From: Candidatus Aenigmatarchaeota archaeon
GTDB taxonomy: Archaea; Aenigmatarchaeota; Aenigmatarchaeia; CG10238-14
Direction: 5' to 3'
Assembly: GCA_044343545.1 (NCBI GenBank)
Contig: JAWBZR010000002.1
Location: 3,522-67,521, forward strand
DNA length: 64,000 bases
Part shown: piece after piece, positions 18,458 to 27,624 of the stretch
Layout of the letters: every line of letters starts with the position of its first letter
Numbering within the stretch: position 1 is the stretch's first letter
Notes under the pieces: model-generated
The model's input: only the letters and a program-made list of their open reading frames with translations
What the model was told of the DNA's origin: nothing
The model's database searches: none
Made by a program: the position numbers and the translations under genes

Positions 18458-18927
18458 AAGGATTGAATGAATTTGTGGCCATCGCTATTATACTATCTAT
18501 CGCTATATCCGGTATAGTAATTTCGATGGAATTTATAAAACCCATGATTGAAAAATCTCGAGACAATTTTATTGTGAATGAAGCTATAAGCAATATTTTG
18601 AAGATAAGAGATACTTTATATGAAATTGTTAACGAGGGTGAGGGCTCTAGAAGACTCATAAACATAGTAGTCTCTGATGGAACATATACTTTCGATGAAA
18701 ATGCAGATGCAATAAACTTCACATACCAAATGAAGGGAAATTTGGTTTTTTTGGGAGAAAAGCGTGGTATTCAAATTAGAACTGTTGATCGGCAACTAAT
18801 TATGTCACTCAATTTTAGCAACATAGATTTTATCAATGAATTTTACATATATAAAGGAAGTAAAACGATAATGTTAAGTTATGAAGATTTCGAGAATGGC
18901 AAGGCCAAAATATCCATTTCAGATTAA
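18454..18927 (+). CDS. Prepilin-like protein with class III signal peptide (MKG|LNEFVAIAIILSIAISGIV)
   Basis: Same architecture. ATGA overlap with the upstream gene. Confidence 0.45.
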   Translation: MKGLNEFVAIAIILSIAISGIVISMEFIKPMIEKSRDNFIVNEAISNILKIRDTLYEIVNEGEGSRRLINIVVSDGTYTFDENADAINFTYQMKGNLVFLGEKRGIQIRTVDRQLIMSLNFSNIDFINEFYIYKGSKTIMLSYEDFENGKAKISISD

Positions 18928-18986
18928 ATTTATGAGCGGTTAAACCAAAAAATATTAAATAAAGAATTTTACGAATAATATATTGT

Positions 18987-19124
18987 ATGGCAATTTGGAA
19001 AAACATCAAGTGTCCTCGATGTGGTAAGCCAAATGAAAGAGAAGTTTTGAATAAAAGAAACGGTTCTTGCATTTTTTGCGGCTTTAGAATCGCTTCAAAT
19101 CTAAACAATTTTATGAAAAAATGA
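18987..19124 (+). CDS. Small Zn-ribbon protein (45 aa). Below the track cutoff.
   Basis: MAIWKNIKCPRCGKPNEREVLNKRNGSCIFCGFRI: CPRC...CIFC. Confidence 0.3.
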   Translation: MAIWKNIKCPRCGKPNEREVLNKRNGSCIFCGFRIASNLNNFMKK

Positions 19125-19331
19125 AACTTTTAAGCAAAAATGCTACTGTTTTCGCTTTGATTTTTTTCGCAATCCAAGCATATCCATTCATTCTTTTTCT
19201 TTCTCAAACATTTATGACAACCGATTTTCCCGCATCTATCACACTCTCTCATCTCTATGGTTTCGCTGTTGCAATTCAAGCATTTTAGAGTCATCGAATT
19301 AAATATTTGGAAAATTACAAATTAATAAAGT

Positions 19332-20738
19332 ATGGGCGAATCAAAGGAATTTGGTTATTCAGACATAGTAAGGAGAAACATAGAAAATACTGCAAGAGAA
19401 GGCAATGTAAATTCAATAAAGGTTGGCATAGGAGAATCCTATTTTGATGCATTTGCGATAAGGGTGATAAACGCGACACCTTTTCAAGTAGGCATACTTT
19501 CTTCCATTCCACAACTATTCGGTCATATTTCAAACATATTTTCTCATAAAGCTATAGAAAGATTTAGAAGTCGAAAAAAAGTGATTTTGATTTGTGTTTT
19601 AATCAATGCCTTATGCTTTATACCAATATTTTTAAGCGCTTTCATAAAGGGATACGAATTCATCTTCTTGCTCGCTTCGATAACGTTGTATTTTACTTCA
19701 GAGTTATTCCTTCTTCCAGCTTGGGTCAGCTTGATGGGAGATATCATACCAGATCAAATAAAGGGAATATATTTTGGTGAAAGAAACAAATCAATGAAAT
19801 TGTTCGCATTTGTTTCCATGATAATTGGTGGGTTTATTTTGCAAGTAATTTCCGGTTTAAGTTTGTTGCTTTCTTTTGGCATAATTTTTTTCATCGCTCT
19901 TTTGGCAAGATTAATTTCATTCTATTTGTTTTTAAAAATTTATGAGCCGGAATATGTTTTTGATGAATCATTCAAGTTTGGTTTCATCGATTTCGTAAAA
20001 AACTTGAAAAAAACAAATTTTGGCATGTTCGTCATTTTTATGGTCACATTCACCTTTTCTTATAGATTAGCCGCACCATATTTTTCTGTTTACATGCTTA
20101 ACTATCTAAAATTTGATTATTGGAAATTTACTCTCATCAATGCGTCAAGCGTGCTTGCAACAATTGTTAGTATGCCCATATGGGGAAAATATATAGACGA
20201 GTATGGCAATAAAAAGATAATGACATTGACAGCTTTTTGCATCCCACTAATCCCGTTTTTATGGATGCTTTCTAGCAACATCATTTATTTGTTCTTGGTG
20301 GAGTTATTTTCTGGTTTTGTTTGGGCTGGCTTCAACTTGTCGACATTTAATTTTGTATTTTTTTCAACATCGCCAGAAAAAAGACACATAGCTCAATCAT
20401 ACTATAACGTTCTTTTAGGAATTTCTATGTTTATGGGTAGCATGACGGGAGGTTTGCTGATAGAAAAAGTCAAACTTTTTGAAATACCAATATTCAATGT
20501 CTTTGCTGTTTCTACTGCAATGAGATTTTTGACAGCATTCTTGTTTTTGAGAAAAATTGAAGAACCAAAAGAAAAGAAAGAAATAAGCTATTCAAAATTA
20601 CTATTTAGCGCTTCCATCGTGGAAGTGTGGAAATCTTTGCAGAGCACCTTTACTTTCAAAAAGAAAAGAAAAAAATCCTTTTTTGAAAGACTTGCCGAAG
20701 AATTGGAAGAAATTACAAATGCAGGAGGCAGGATTTGA
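19332..20738 (+). CDS. Multi-pass membrane transporter (MFS-like)
   Basis: About 12 hydrophobic segments. 468 aa. The 3' end overlaps tRNA-Leu on the opposite strand. Confidence 0.5.
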   Translation: MGESKEFGYSDIVRRNIENTAREGNVNSIKVGIGESYFDAFAIRVINATPFQVGILSSIPQLFGHISNIFSHKAIERFRSRKKVILICVLINALCFIPIFLSAFIKGYEFIFLLASITLYFTSELFLLPAWVSLMGDIIPDQIKGIYFGERNKSMKLFAFVSMIIGGFILQVISGLSLLLSFGIIFFIALLARLISFYLFLKIYEPEYVFDESFKFGFIDFVKNLKKTNFGMFVIFMVTFTFSYRLAAPYFSVYMLNYLKFDYWKFTLINASSVLATIVSMPIWGKYIDEYGNKKIMTLTAFCIPLIPFLWMLSSNIIYLFLVELFSGFVWAGFNLSTFNFVFFSTSPEKRHIAQSYYNVLLGISMFMGSMTGGLLIEKVKLFEIPIFNVFAVSTAMRFLTAFLFLRKIEEPKEKKEISYSKLLFSASIVEVWKSLQSTFTFKKKRKKSFFERLAEELEEITNAGGRI

Positions 20739-20805
20739 ACCTGCGTATCCACTAAGGAACCAGCTCCTAAGGCTGGCGCCATTGACCAGGCTAGGCGACT
20801 CCTGC
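20720..20805 (-). tRNA. tRNA-Leu (anticodon UAG), long variable arm, no encoded CCA
   Basis: Reverse complement folds as GCAGGAG/CTCCTGC acceptor. Anticodon loop CTTAGGA. T-loop GGTTCAAATCC. 15-nt variable arm. Confidence 0.85.
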
Positions 20806-20848
20806 CTTATTAATAAAAATTATCAATCCTTAATAATTTTATGTTTTT

Positions 20849-21748
20849 TTAAGAAGCCAATTTTATCTTGTTCTTCTTAAACTGTTTCATAATTTCTTTG
20901 AGTAATTCTGATACTATTTCTTCTTTTCTTGAGATATCCACAGTTCTTATCCAAACTTCCAAAGTTATCTTAGTGGCAGTGCAAGATTTTACTAATACCT
21001 TTGGCATAAAAGGTGTCAAATCCATTCCAGATTCTACTATCTTTGAAAACTTCTCAGCCAGGTATTCTATTCTCGCTATTTTTCCTTTTTCTATGATGTC
21101 ATCTAAAATGTTTCTTTTTTTGGGTATGTTAGGAAGCACGTAGGGATGACTTCTGCATACGTCTATTATTATTTTTTCTGCCTTTTCAAGATTGGTATCT
21201 GCACTTAAATCCAAATTGAAAGATATTTTGACAAAATTACCTTTTGTATAGTTTATGATGTTGGTCGTAACCAATACGGAGTTTGGGACATAAACAATAG
21301 AACCATCATACCTTCTGAGAACGGTTCTAAATAAAGTCATATCTTTTACTCTTGATATTCCAGGTTGAGGAAAACCGCCAACTTCAACCCAATCCCCTAT
21401 TTTTAATGGCCTTTCGACTGATATTATTATTCCAGCGATGATATTTTGAAAAGTTTGTTGCGTAGACAAACCTATTATTATTGTGGCTATGCCAGCCGCA
21501 GTCCAAACAGTGCTCAAATTAATACCCAAAATTTTGTTTAATATGAAATAAAAACCCAAAAAATAAAATAAATAGTTCGCGAGTCTAGATACTGTTTTTG
21601 AAAGATTCTTATTGATTTTTTCATCTAAAAATCTTCTCATGAAAAAATAAATCGCATTTCCTATAACAATAACCATTAAAGAAAGAATTATTGAAATTAT
21701 AACCGTTTCAGTTGTTACTGTACCCAATTCGAAGCCGTTCATAAACAC
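20849..21748 (-). CDS. Small-conductance mechanosensitive channel (MscS family)
   Basis: TM3-beta domain pattern ...IIAGIIISVERPLKIGDWVEVGG...G.IVYVPNS. 299 aa. Confidence 0.75.
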   Translation of the reverse strand: MFMNGFELGTVTTETVIISIILSLMVIVIGNAIYFFMRRFLDEKINKNLSKTVSRLANYLFYFLGFYFILNKILGINLSTVWTAAGIATIIIGLSTQQTFQNIIAGIIISVERPLKIGDWVEVGGFPQPGISRVKDMTLFRTVLRRYDGSIVYVPNSVLVTTNIINYTKGNFVKISFNLDLSADTNLEKAEKIIIDVCRSHPYVLPNIPKKRNILDDIIEKGKIARIEYLAEKFSKIVESGMDLTPFMPKVLVKSCTATKITLEVWIRTVDISRKEEIVSELLKEIMKQFKKNKIKLAS

Positions 21749-21858
21749 TTATTATTATTGTTTAGGCCTATTTTAAATAATTTCGTTCTGTTAGGATCAA
21801 TTTCGCAGAAAAATTATGTCGTGTTAAATCAAAATAAATGAAAATCTAGAAGGTGGTT

Positions 21859-23481
21859 TTATTTTTGAATTTTATCGCTTAATTTTTTTATCTTTTCATC
21901 CAACTTCTTTTCAGCTTCCAATCTTTCTAAAGGATAGTCTTTAAAATCGACAAACTTTGTCGCGTACTCCGCTAGTAAGGGATGAACGTCCCTTACTTTT
22001 GATGCAATGGCTTGAGCTATCTTCCTGTAATATTCATGACCTTGAGGGGAGCTTCTCAACTCAGTTAAGTGAGAAATTTCACGCAAATTCAGTTTAAAAT
22101 ACCATCTTACTTTGAAACCCAATGGAACTATGTATTGTGCTTGTAAAGGCATTTTCTTTCTCACTTTCTCAAAAAAATTCTTCGCAGCCTCCATTGCTTT
22201 CACATATTTTGATTCCAATTTCGCTTCTGTAATGTCTTTTGGTACATCAAAACCATAATCAGTGGTGATGAGTTGTCTTTCTTGTGTAAGCATTCTATGT
22301 CTTTGCAAGTCCTTGTACGCGCCTAAAGGAGCCAAAATATCAAAAGTATAATAAGTGTTTTCAAAAGCTCTTCCTATTTTTTGTTGCCTAACTTTTCTTC
22401 TCGATGCATATTCAAAAACAATTTTTTTCTTTTCTTCTAAACTCATATTTTTCACAATTTTTCTCAATTCTTTCAAGCTCATGTCGGTGAAAGGATATAG
22501 CATCGATGCTATAACCTTTTCTTCCGCATCTTGATCATAATCAACAAGCTCAACATAACTTCCATCGTGCTCTTTAGCTTCGAATTTCTTACCTATTTTT
22601 TCCATTGCTTCTCTTGTTTGCTTAAAATATTCTTGCATAGCCTTTCCATGTTCCATTTTGGCTCTTTTCACGAAAGAAGGTATAACCTTATCCAATTCTT
22701 CTTGCATCATCAAAGCCAAATTTCTTACTTCGAAAAGCGGAGAAGCATACATCTTGTTCAGTAGATGCTCAAAAGCTCTTCCATTTCCAAACAGGCCAAC
22801 ATTTGTGAGAGTGGACGCCGGTAAAAGTTGTCTTAGAGTGTCGCATACTTTCGCTCTTATTGTTGCCTGATATGCTCTATCAGAAACATCTTTTGGTTGT
22901 GGATATTTTTTTTGCATGAAATCCGACATTTTTGGTATTAATTCGGAATATGTATCGAACAAGAAATCCATCGTTTCTTCGTACATTTCTCCAAATTCAG
23001 AGCTCATCAATTCGGGATCTCTATAATACTTGTACTTTCCATCTTCCTTTTGGTCGAAAAACACGTATCTCGTGGATTTTTCAAGCGGAGATATGCCTAT
23101 TCTATTATCTTCTAGCATCTTTGCCGCTATTAATTGTGAAACATCTTCGCATGCTACATGAACACCTGCCAATTCAGCTACGGAATCATCACCAAAACCT
23201 ATCAAAACTCTCTCATAAAATTCTTCAGCTTTTTGTGTGGCAATAAACTTTTCAAAATGTTTTCTTTCGTCCATTGAAACAATTTCTTTGAAATTCATTT
23301 CAGGATTTAAAATGAATTCTTCAAGCAAAACTCTTCTTAAACTCTTTGGCGATCTACTATATCTTGCAAACAAAGCACCCTTGACAACTTCCGGCAAGTT
23401 TATTAACACGAATACCGGCTTGTCCAAGTTTGTTAAAAAAGGTTGCAATATTTTTCTTTCTTCTTCGGTAAAATTTTCCAT
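21859..23481 (-). CDS. thyX: ThyX-like (flavin-dependent thymidylate synthase family) protein, unusually long at 540 aa
   Basis: N-terminal ...ALFARYSRS..., mid RHR motif (LQRHRMLTQERQ), C-terminal LREISHLTELRSSPQGHEYYRKIAQAI resembling the ThyX C-terminus. Adjacent to glyA. Confidence 0.6.
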   Translation of the reverse strand: MENFTEEERKILQPFLTNLDKPVFVLINLPEVVKGALFARYSRSPKSLRRVLLEEFILNPEMNFKEIVSMDERKHFEKFIATQKAEEFYERVLIGFGDDSVAELAGVHVACEDVSQLIAAKMLEDNRIGISPLEKSTRYVFFDQKEDGKYKYYRDPELMSSEFGEMYEETMDFLFDTYSELIPKMSDFMQKKYPQPKDVSDRAYQATIRAKVCDTLRQLLPASTLTNVGLFGNGRAFEHLLNKMYASPLFEVRNLALMMQEELDKVIPSFVKRAKMEHGKAMQEYFKQTREAMEKIGKKFEAKEHDGSYVELVDYDQDAEEKVIASMLYPFTDMSLKELRKIVKNMSLEEKKKIVFEYASRRKVRQQKIGRAFENTYYTFDILAPLGAYKDLQRHRMLTQERQLITTDYGFDVPKDITEAKLESKYVKAMEAAKNFFEKVRKKMPLQAQYIVPLGFKVRWYFKLNLREISHLTELRSSPQGHEYYRKIAQAIASKVRDVHPLLAEYATKFVDFKDYPLERLEAEKKLDEKIKKLSDKIQK

Positions 23482-24801
23482 CTATATCATCACATCCTCA
23501 TATATTGGAAAATTTTCGCAAAGATCTATAACTTCTTTTCTTATTTCTTTTATTGCTTCGTTCCTTTCAATTTCTTTTCTGAATTTATTTATTAACAAAT
23601 CCTTATTTTCTTTTGAAAATTCATATTTCATCGCGAGCCGAATCACTTTAATCATGTAATCTGCTATTCTTTCCATTTCAGATTCCTTCATACCTCTTGT
23701 AGTTAATGCAGGCGTTCCACACCTTATGCCACTAGGATAAAAGGGAGATGCATCGTTTGGTATAGTATTTTTGTTGACGATTATTCCAGCTTTATCCAAT
23801 GCTTCTTGAGCGTACATGCCTTTACCATAGCCGAAAGGAGTAAGGTCTATTAAAAGTAAATGTGTATCTGTTCCGCCAGAAACGAGTTTTATATCCATTT
23901 TTATAAACTCTTCAGCCAACTTTTTACAGTTTTTAACTATTTGTTTCGCATATTCTTTGAATTCAGGTTGAGATGCTTCATGCAATGCAACTGCTATAGC
24001 AGCAGTAACATTGTCATGAGGTCCGCCTTGAAGTCCAGGAAAAACAGCTTTATCTATTTTTTCAGGCAAGCTTTCATCTTTTTCTAAACCTTTTCTTGTA
24101 ACCATTATCATCGCTCCCCTCGGTCCTCTAAGAGTTTTGTGAGTAGTTGTTGTTATAACATGTGCATATTTTGATGGGCTAGGATGAACCTTACCAACTA
24201 TTAAACCTGCTATGTGTGAAATATCTGCAACTAAATAAGCATCAACATCATCGGCAATTTCAGCGAATCTCTTGAAATCGATGATTCTTGGATAAGCCGT
24301 GAAACCACACCATATTAATTTAGGTTTGTATTTTTTTGCAAGTTTCTCCATTTCATCAAAATCTATGTAACCATTTTCATTTAAATGATAGTGGACTGAA
24401 TTAAACAACATACCTGAAAAACTTGTTTTCCATCCATGAGTTAAGTGGCCACCATGAGTCATGTCCAAACCCATTATTGTGTCGCCTGGTTTGCAAAGAG
24501 CCAAATACACTGCGAAGTTTGCCGGGCTACCAGAATAAGGTTGAACATTCACATGCTCTACCTTGAAAAGTTTTTTCGCTCTTTTTATGGCCAACCTTTC
24601 TATTTCATCGATGTATTGGTTTCCGCCATAATATCTTTTTCCAGGATAACCTTCTGAATATTTGTTTGTTAAAACAGAACCCAAAGCTTTCAGGACATTG
24701 ACGCTCGCATAATTTTCTGATGGTATCATCACAAGTGATTTTTGTTGCCTTTCTAAATCTTTGCGAATTAAATTAAAAATTTCTTCGTCGATAAAAGGCA
24801 T
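23482..24801 (-). CDS. glyA: Serine hydroxymethyltransferase
   Basis: PLP lysine motif TTTTHKTLRGPRGAMI. 439 aa. Confidence 0.9.
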   Translation of the reverse strand: MPFIDEEIFNLIRKDLERQQKSLVMIPSENYASVNVLKALGSVLTNKYSEGYPGKRYYGGNQYIDEIERLAIKRAKKLFKVEHVNVQPYSGSPANFAVYLALCKPGDTIMGLDMTHGGHLTHGWKTSFSGMLFNSVHYHLNENGYIDFDEMEKLAKKYKPKLIWCGFTAYPRIIDFKRFAEIADDVDAYLVADISHIAGLIVGKVHPSPSKYAHVITTTTHKTLRGPRGAMIMVTRKGLEKDESLPEKIDKAVFPGLQGGPHDNVTAAIAVALHEASQPEFKEYAKQIVKNCKKLAEEFIKMDIKLVSGGTDTHLLLIDLTPFGYGKGMYAQEALDKAGIIVNKNTIPNDASPFYPSGIRCGTPALTTRGMKESEMERIADYMIKVIRLAMKYEFSKENKDLLINKFRKEIERNEAIKEIRKEVIDLCENFPIYEDVMI

Positions 24802-24855
24802 AAATTTATTTTCAAATAATTCATTTAAAAAAATTTTAATATTTTAATAACAAAA

Positions 24856-25191
24856 ATGGATTTAAAGGGATTCTTTAAATTAGAAAAAAATAAAATAATA
24901 TTAACTTTAGTTATCCTTTTAATTTTTCCGTTACCATACTGGAATGGAATTCTTTGTGAAAGATGCGAAAAAGAACCTTGTCCCAAATGCCCTGATACTA
25001 ATTTTGGCCCAGCCTTGTTAGGTTGGTGGTTTACGTGGAAAGGTAGTTTCTATGGCCATTCAAAAATAATAGGAAACTATCATCTTGCACTAAATGTTTT
25101 AGAAAAAATACTACTTCAATTATTAATAATAGGTCTGCCAGTATCATACTTAATATCTTGTTTCATTTTTTGGTTTTTCAAAAATAGATAA
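24856..25191 (+). CDS. Small membrane protein with a CERCEKEPCPKCPD motif
   Basis: Two hydrophobic segments flanking a 4-Cys cluster. Confidence 0.3.
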   Translation: MDLKGFFKLEKNKIILTLVILLIFPLPYWNGILCERCEKEPCPKCPDTNFGPALLGWWFTWKGSFYGHSKIIGNYHLALNVLEKILLQLLIIGLPVSYLISCFIFWFFKNR

Positions 25192-25239
25192 GGATGTCAA
25201 TTAAATTTTTGTGTCTAATGTTGAAGAAATATTGCTTTT

Positions 25240-25311
25240 TGGACCAGGCGGGATTTGAACCCGCAGCCTCTGCCTTGCGAAGGCAGCGATCTACCATTGA
25301 TCTACTGGCCC
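25240..25311 (-). tRNA. tRNA-Ala (anticodon CGC)
   Basis: Acceptor GGGCCAG/CTGGTCC with the G3:U70 alanine identity pair. Anticodon loop TTCGCAA. T-loop TTCAAAT. Confidence 0.85.
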
Positions 25312-25324
25312 GCTTGAAAGTATT

Positions 25325-25345
25325 AAAATTTTTTATTAGAAATAA
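25325..25345 (+). promoter_or_regulatory. Putative TATA box (ttttatta) about 26 nt upstream of the tRNA-Ile 5' end
   Basis: Position and composition consistent with an archaeal TATA at -26/-27. Confidence 0.3.
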
Positions 25346-25360
25346 AATATAGATTTTGAA

Positions 25361-25435
25361 GGGCCACTAGCTTAGCCTGGTTGGAGCGCCTGACTGATAA
25401 TCAGGAGGTCGCCAGTTCAAATCTGGCGTGGCCCA
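25361..25435 (+). tRNA. tRNA-Ile (anticodon GAU)
   Basis: GGGCCAC/GTGGCCC acceptor. Anticodon loop CTGATAA. T-loop GTTCAAATC. Confidence 0.85.
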
Positions 25436-25436
25436 T

Positions 25437-25946
25437 TCATTTTAAGCAAAATTTTTTAATCAAGCAATTTTTGAATCTGGTTATTTCATTTCTAAACGTC
25501 GAATTCTTTTTGTAAAGCGTAAAAAGTAAGAACAAGCCTACTAGATCTAAAATAAATAATTCCAAAGTATATGAAAGTTTGAATGGCGTTTGAGGAAAAT
25601 CATAATTCATGAACGGGTAAAACCAAGGAACAAAATAGGGCAAGTCTTCTACCAAATGCATTATTATGCCGAAAGACACTGACAAAGCAATCAATTTTTT
25701 TCTTGTCATTTCGAGAGTCATTAAACCGAGCAAAATGGCTGCGAATAGAGTGTGACCTATATATCTGCCAGAGGGAAAAATTCCAATTATGTATAGTGGT
25801 TTGTCTATAATATCTGGCAATTGCGAAGCGAAAAGAGCTGTTAAAGGCGAGAGATGTAGCAAGGAAGCGAAAAAAGCCGTTATTCCCAGGTGAGCTAATA
25901 TAAACATAACAATAAAATTTCCCAAGTCTTTATTTAAACTTAACAA
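25437..25946 (-). CDS. Membrane-bound metal-dependent hydrolase-like protein (YdjM/DUF457-like)
   Basis: His-containing multi-TM pattern (ILAHLGITAFFASLLH...YIGHTLFAA...IMHLVED). Confidence 0.45.
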   Translation of the reverse strand: MLSLNKDLGNFIVMFILAHLGITAFFASLLHLSPLTALFASQLPDIIDKPLYIIGIFPSGRYIGHTLFAAILLGLMTLEMTRKKLIALSVSFGIIMHLVEDLPYFVPWFYPFMNYDFPQTPFKLSYTLELFILDLVGLFLLFTLYKKNSTFRNEITRFKNCLIKKFCLK

Positions 25947-26431
25947 ACTTTTCTTGTTAAATTTTCATTTACGAATATAGGAACTTTCATTCTAACAGCT
26001 ATAGCTATTGCATCACTCGGTCTAATGTCAACAGTCAAAAATTTTAAACCTTTTTGAAATGTCATTTCTGCAAAATACGTACCTTCTTCCATCTTGATTA
26101 TTTTCACATTTATTGGCTTTATTTCGTAATTCTCTAATATACTTTTTATTATGTCATGAGTGGTTGGTCTAAAATATGTTATATTTTTTTCTCCTATTTG
26201 AATCGATTCTGCTTGTTGTTGAGTAGTATAAAACTCAAATTCATTGCATTTATTTGAAAGCTTAACGATTGCAAATTCATTTTGAACCAAAATTTCTTTA
26301 ACTTCCAACTTGACAAAACCATCTGTTGATGTAACTTGCTTTAGGATGTATTGATATTGAAAGTAAAGAAGGATTACTGCTATAAGAAAAGATACAACAA
26401 ATAATTTTATCATTTTAGATTTTTTCAACAT
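25940..26431 (-). CDS. Bifunctional nuclease family (DUF151/BFN) protein with N-terminal TM anchor
   Basis: ...FLTVDIRPSDAIAIAVRMKVPIFVNENL matches the DUF151 core. Confidence 0.55.
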   Translation of the reverse strand: MLKKSKMIKLFVVSFLIAVILLYFQYQYILKQVTSTDGFVKLEVKEILVQNEFAIVKLSNKCNEFEFYTTQQQAESIQIGEKNITYFRPTTHDIIKSILENYEIKPINVKIIKMEEGTYFAEMTFQKGLKFLTVDIRPSDAIAIAVRMKVPIFVNENLTRKVC

Positions 26432-26574
26432 TATAATACTATTAATGATGTTTGAGTTAATATTTTTGGCTCAAAGTGGTTTGCATCTGAAAATTTCACC
26501 CAAAAATAATTGGTTGAAAGACGCAACATTTTGAATAGAGCATAGAATATAATTTTATTTTACAAAATTATCAT

Positions 26575-27624
26575 TTGATGAAAATTGCAAAGATGCAAGA
26601 ACGATTGAATAACAGTTTAGTCAAGTGCACCGCATGTTCGCATTATTGTATAATAGCTCCAAATAATACAGGTTTGTGCGGTATAAGAAAAAATATTAAA
26701 GGCAAGCTTTACTTGCTCGTTTACGGTAAGGCAGCCGCTGTTAACATTGATCCCATAGAAAAAAAGCCTCTCTATCATTTCTTGCCTGGGAGCAAGATAT
26801 TTTCTTTTGGAACTTTGGGTTGTGATTTTGGATGTTTGTTTTGTCAAAACTATGACATTTCTCAGTTTCCAAGAGAGATAAGATTAAACGATGATAGAGA
26901 CGAGTTACTAAAAGATGCTATAGAAAAATGCGATAATCTTTCGCCGAAACAAATAGTTGACTATTGTTTAAAACATAATTTGCCTTCAATAGCATATACT
27001 TATAATGAGCCAGCAGTATTTTTCGAGTACGCATATGATACGGCAAAAATGGCAAAGAAGTTTGGTATAAAAAACGTTTTTGTCACCAATGGTTACGAGT
27101 CGAAAGAATCTTTTGATAAAATAAAAAAATACTTGGACGCAGCTAATGTAGACTTGAAATCATTTTCAGAAGAATTTTATTCGAACATTTGCAAGGCAAA
27201 ATTAGAACCTGTTCTGAGGACAATAGAAAGGATGCACGATGCTGGTATATGGATAGAAATTACGACTCTTGTAATTCCTGGAAAGAATGATTCTGAAAAG
27301 GAATTGAAAAACATAGCAGAATTTATAGCATCTATTAGCAAACACATACCTTGGCATGTCACGGCTTTTCATCCAGATTATAAAATGCTTGATGCACCCC
27401 CCACATCTTTATCTACCTTGATTAAAGCTTACAAAATAGGAAAGAGTTCAGGCTTAAAGTACGTATATATAGGTAATGTAAGAGCAGGAGATTATGAAAA
27501 CACTTTTTGTCCCGTTTGCGAAAATGTTTGTATTTCTAGAATCGGCTTTTTCAATATAAAAAACAATTTAATAAAAGGCAGTTGCCCAAAATGTGGTTAC
27601 AAGCTTGAGGGTGTTTGGGAATGA
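26575..27624 (+). CDS. amrS: AmmeMemoRadiSam system radical SAM enzyme (AmrS)
   Basis: Radical SAM CDFGCLFC (Cx3Cx2C) plus N-terminal Cys cluster CTACSHYC. 349 aa. Followed by Memo and AMMECR1 genes. Confidence 0.75.
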   Translation: MMKIAKMQERLNNSLVKCTACSHYCIIAPNNTGLCGIRKNIKGKLYLLVYGKAAAVNIDPIEKKPLYHFLPGSKIFSFGTLGCDFGCLFCQNYDISQFPREIRLNDDRDELLKDAIEKCDNLSPKQIVDYCLKHNLPSIAYTYNEPAVFFEYAYDTAKMAKKFGIKNVFVTNGYESKESFDKIKKYLDAANVDLKSFSEEFYSNICKAKLEPVLRTIERMHDAGIWIEITTLVIPGKNDSEKELKNIAEFIASISKHIPWHVTAFHPDYKMLDAPPTSLSTLIKAYKIGKSSGLKYVYIGNVRAGDYENTFCPVCENVCISRIGFFNIKNNLIKGSCPKCGYKLEGVWE

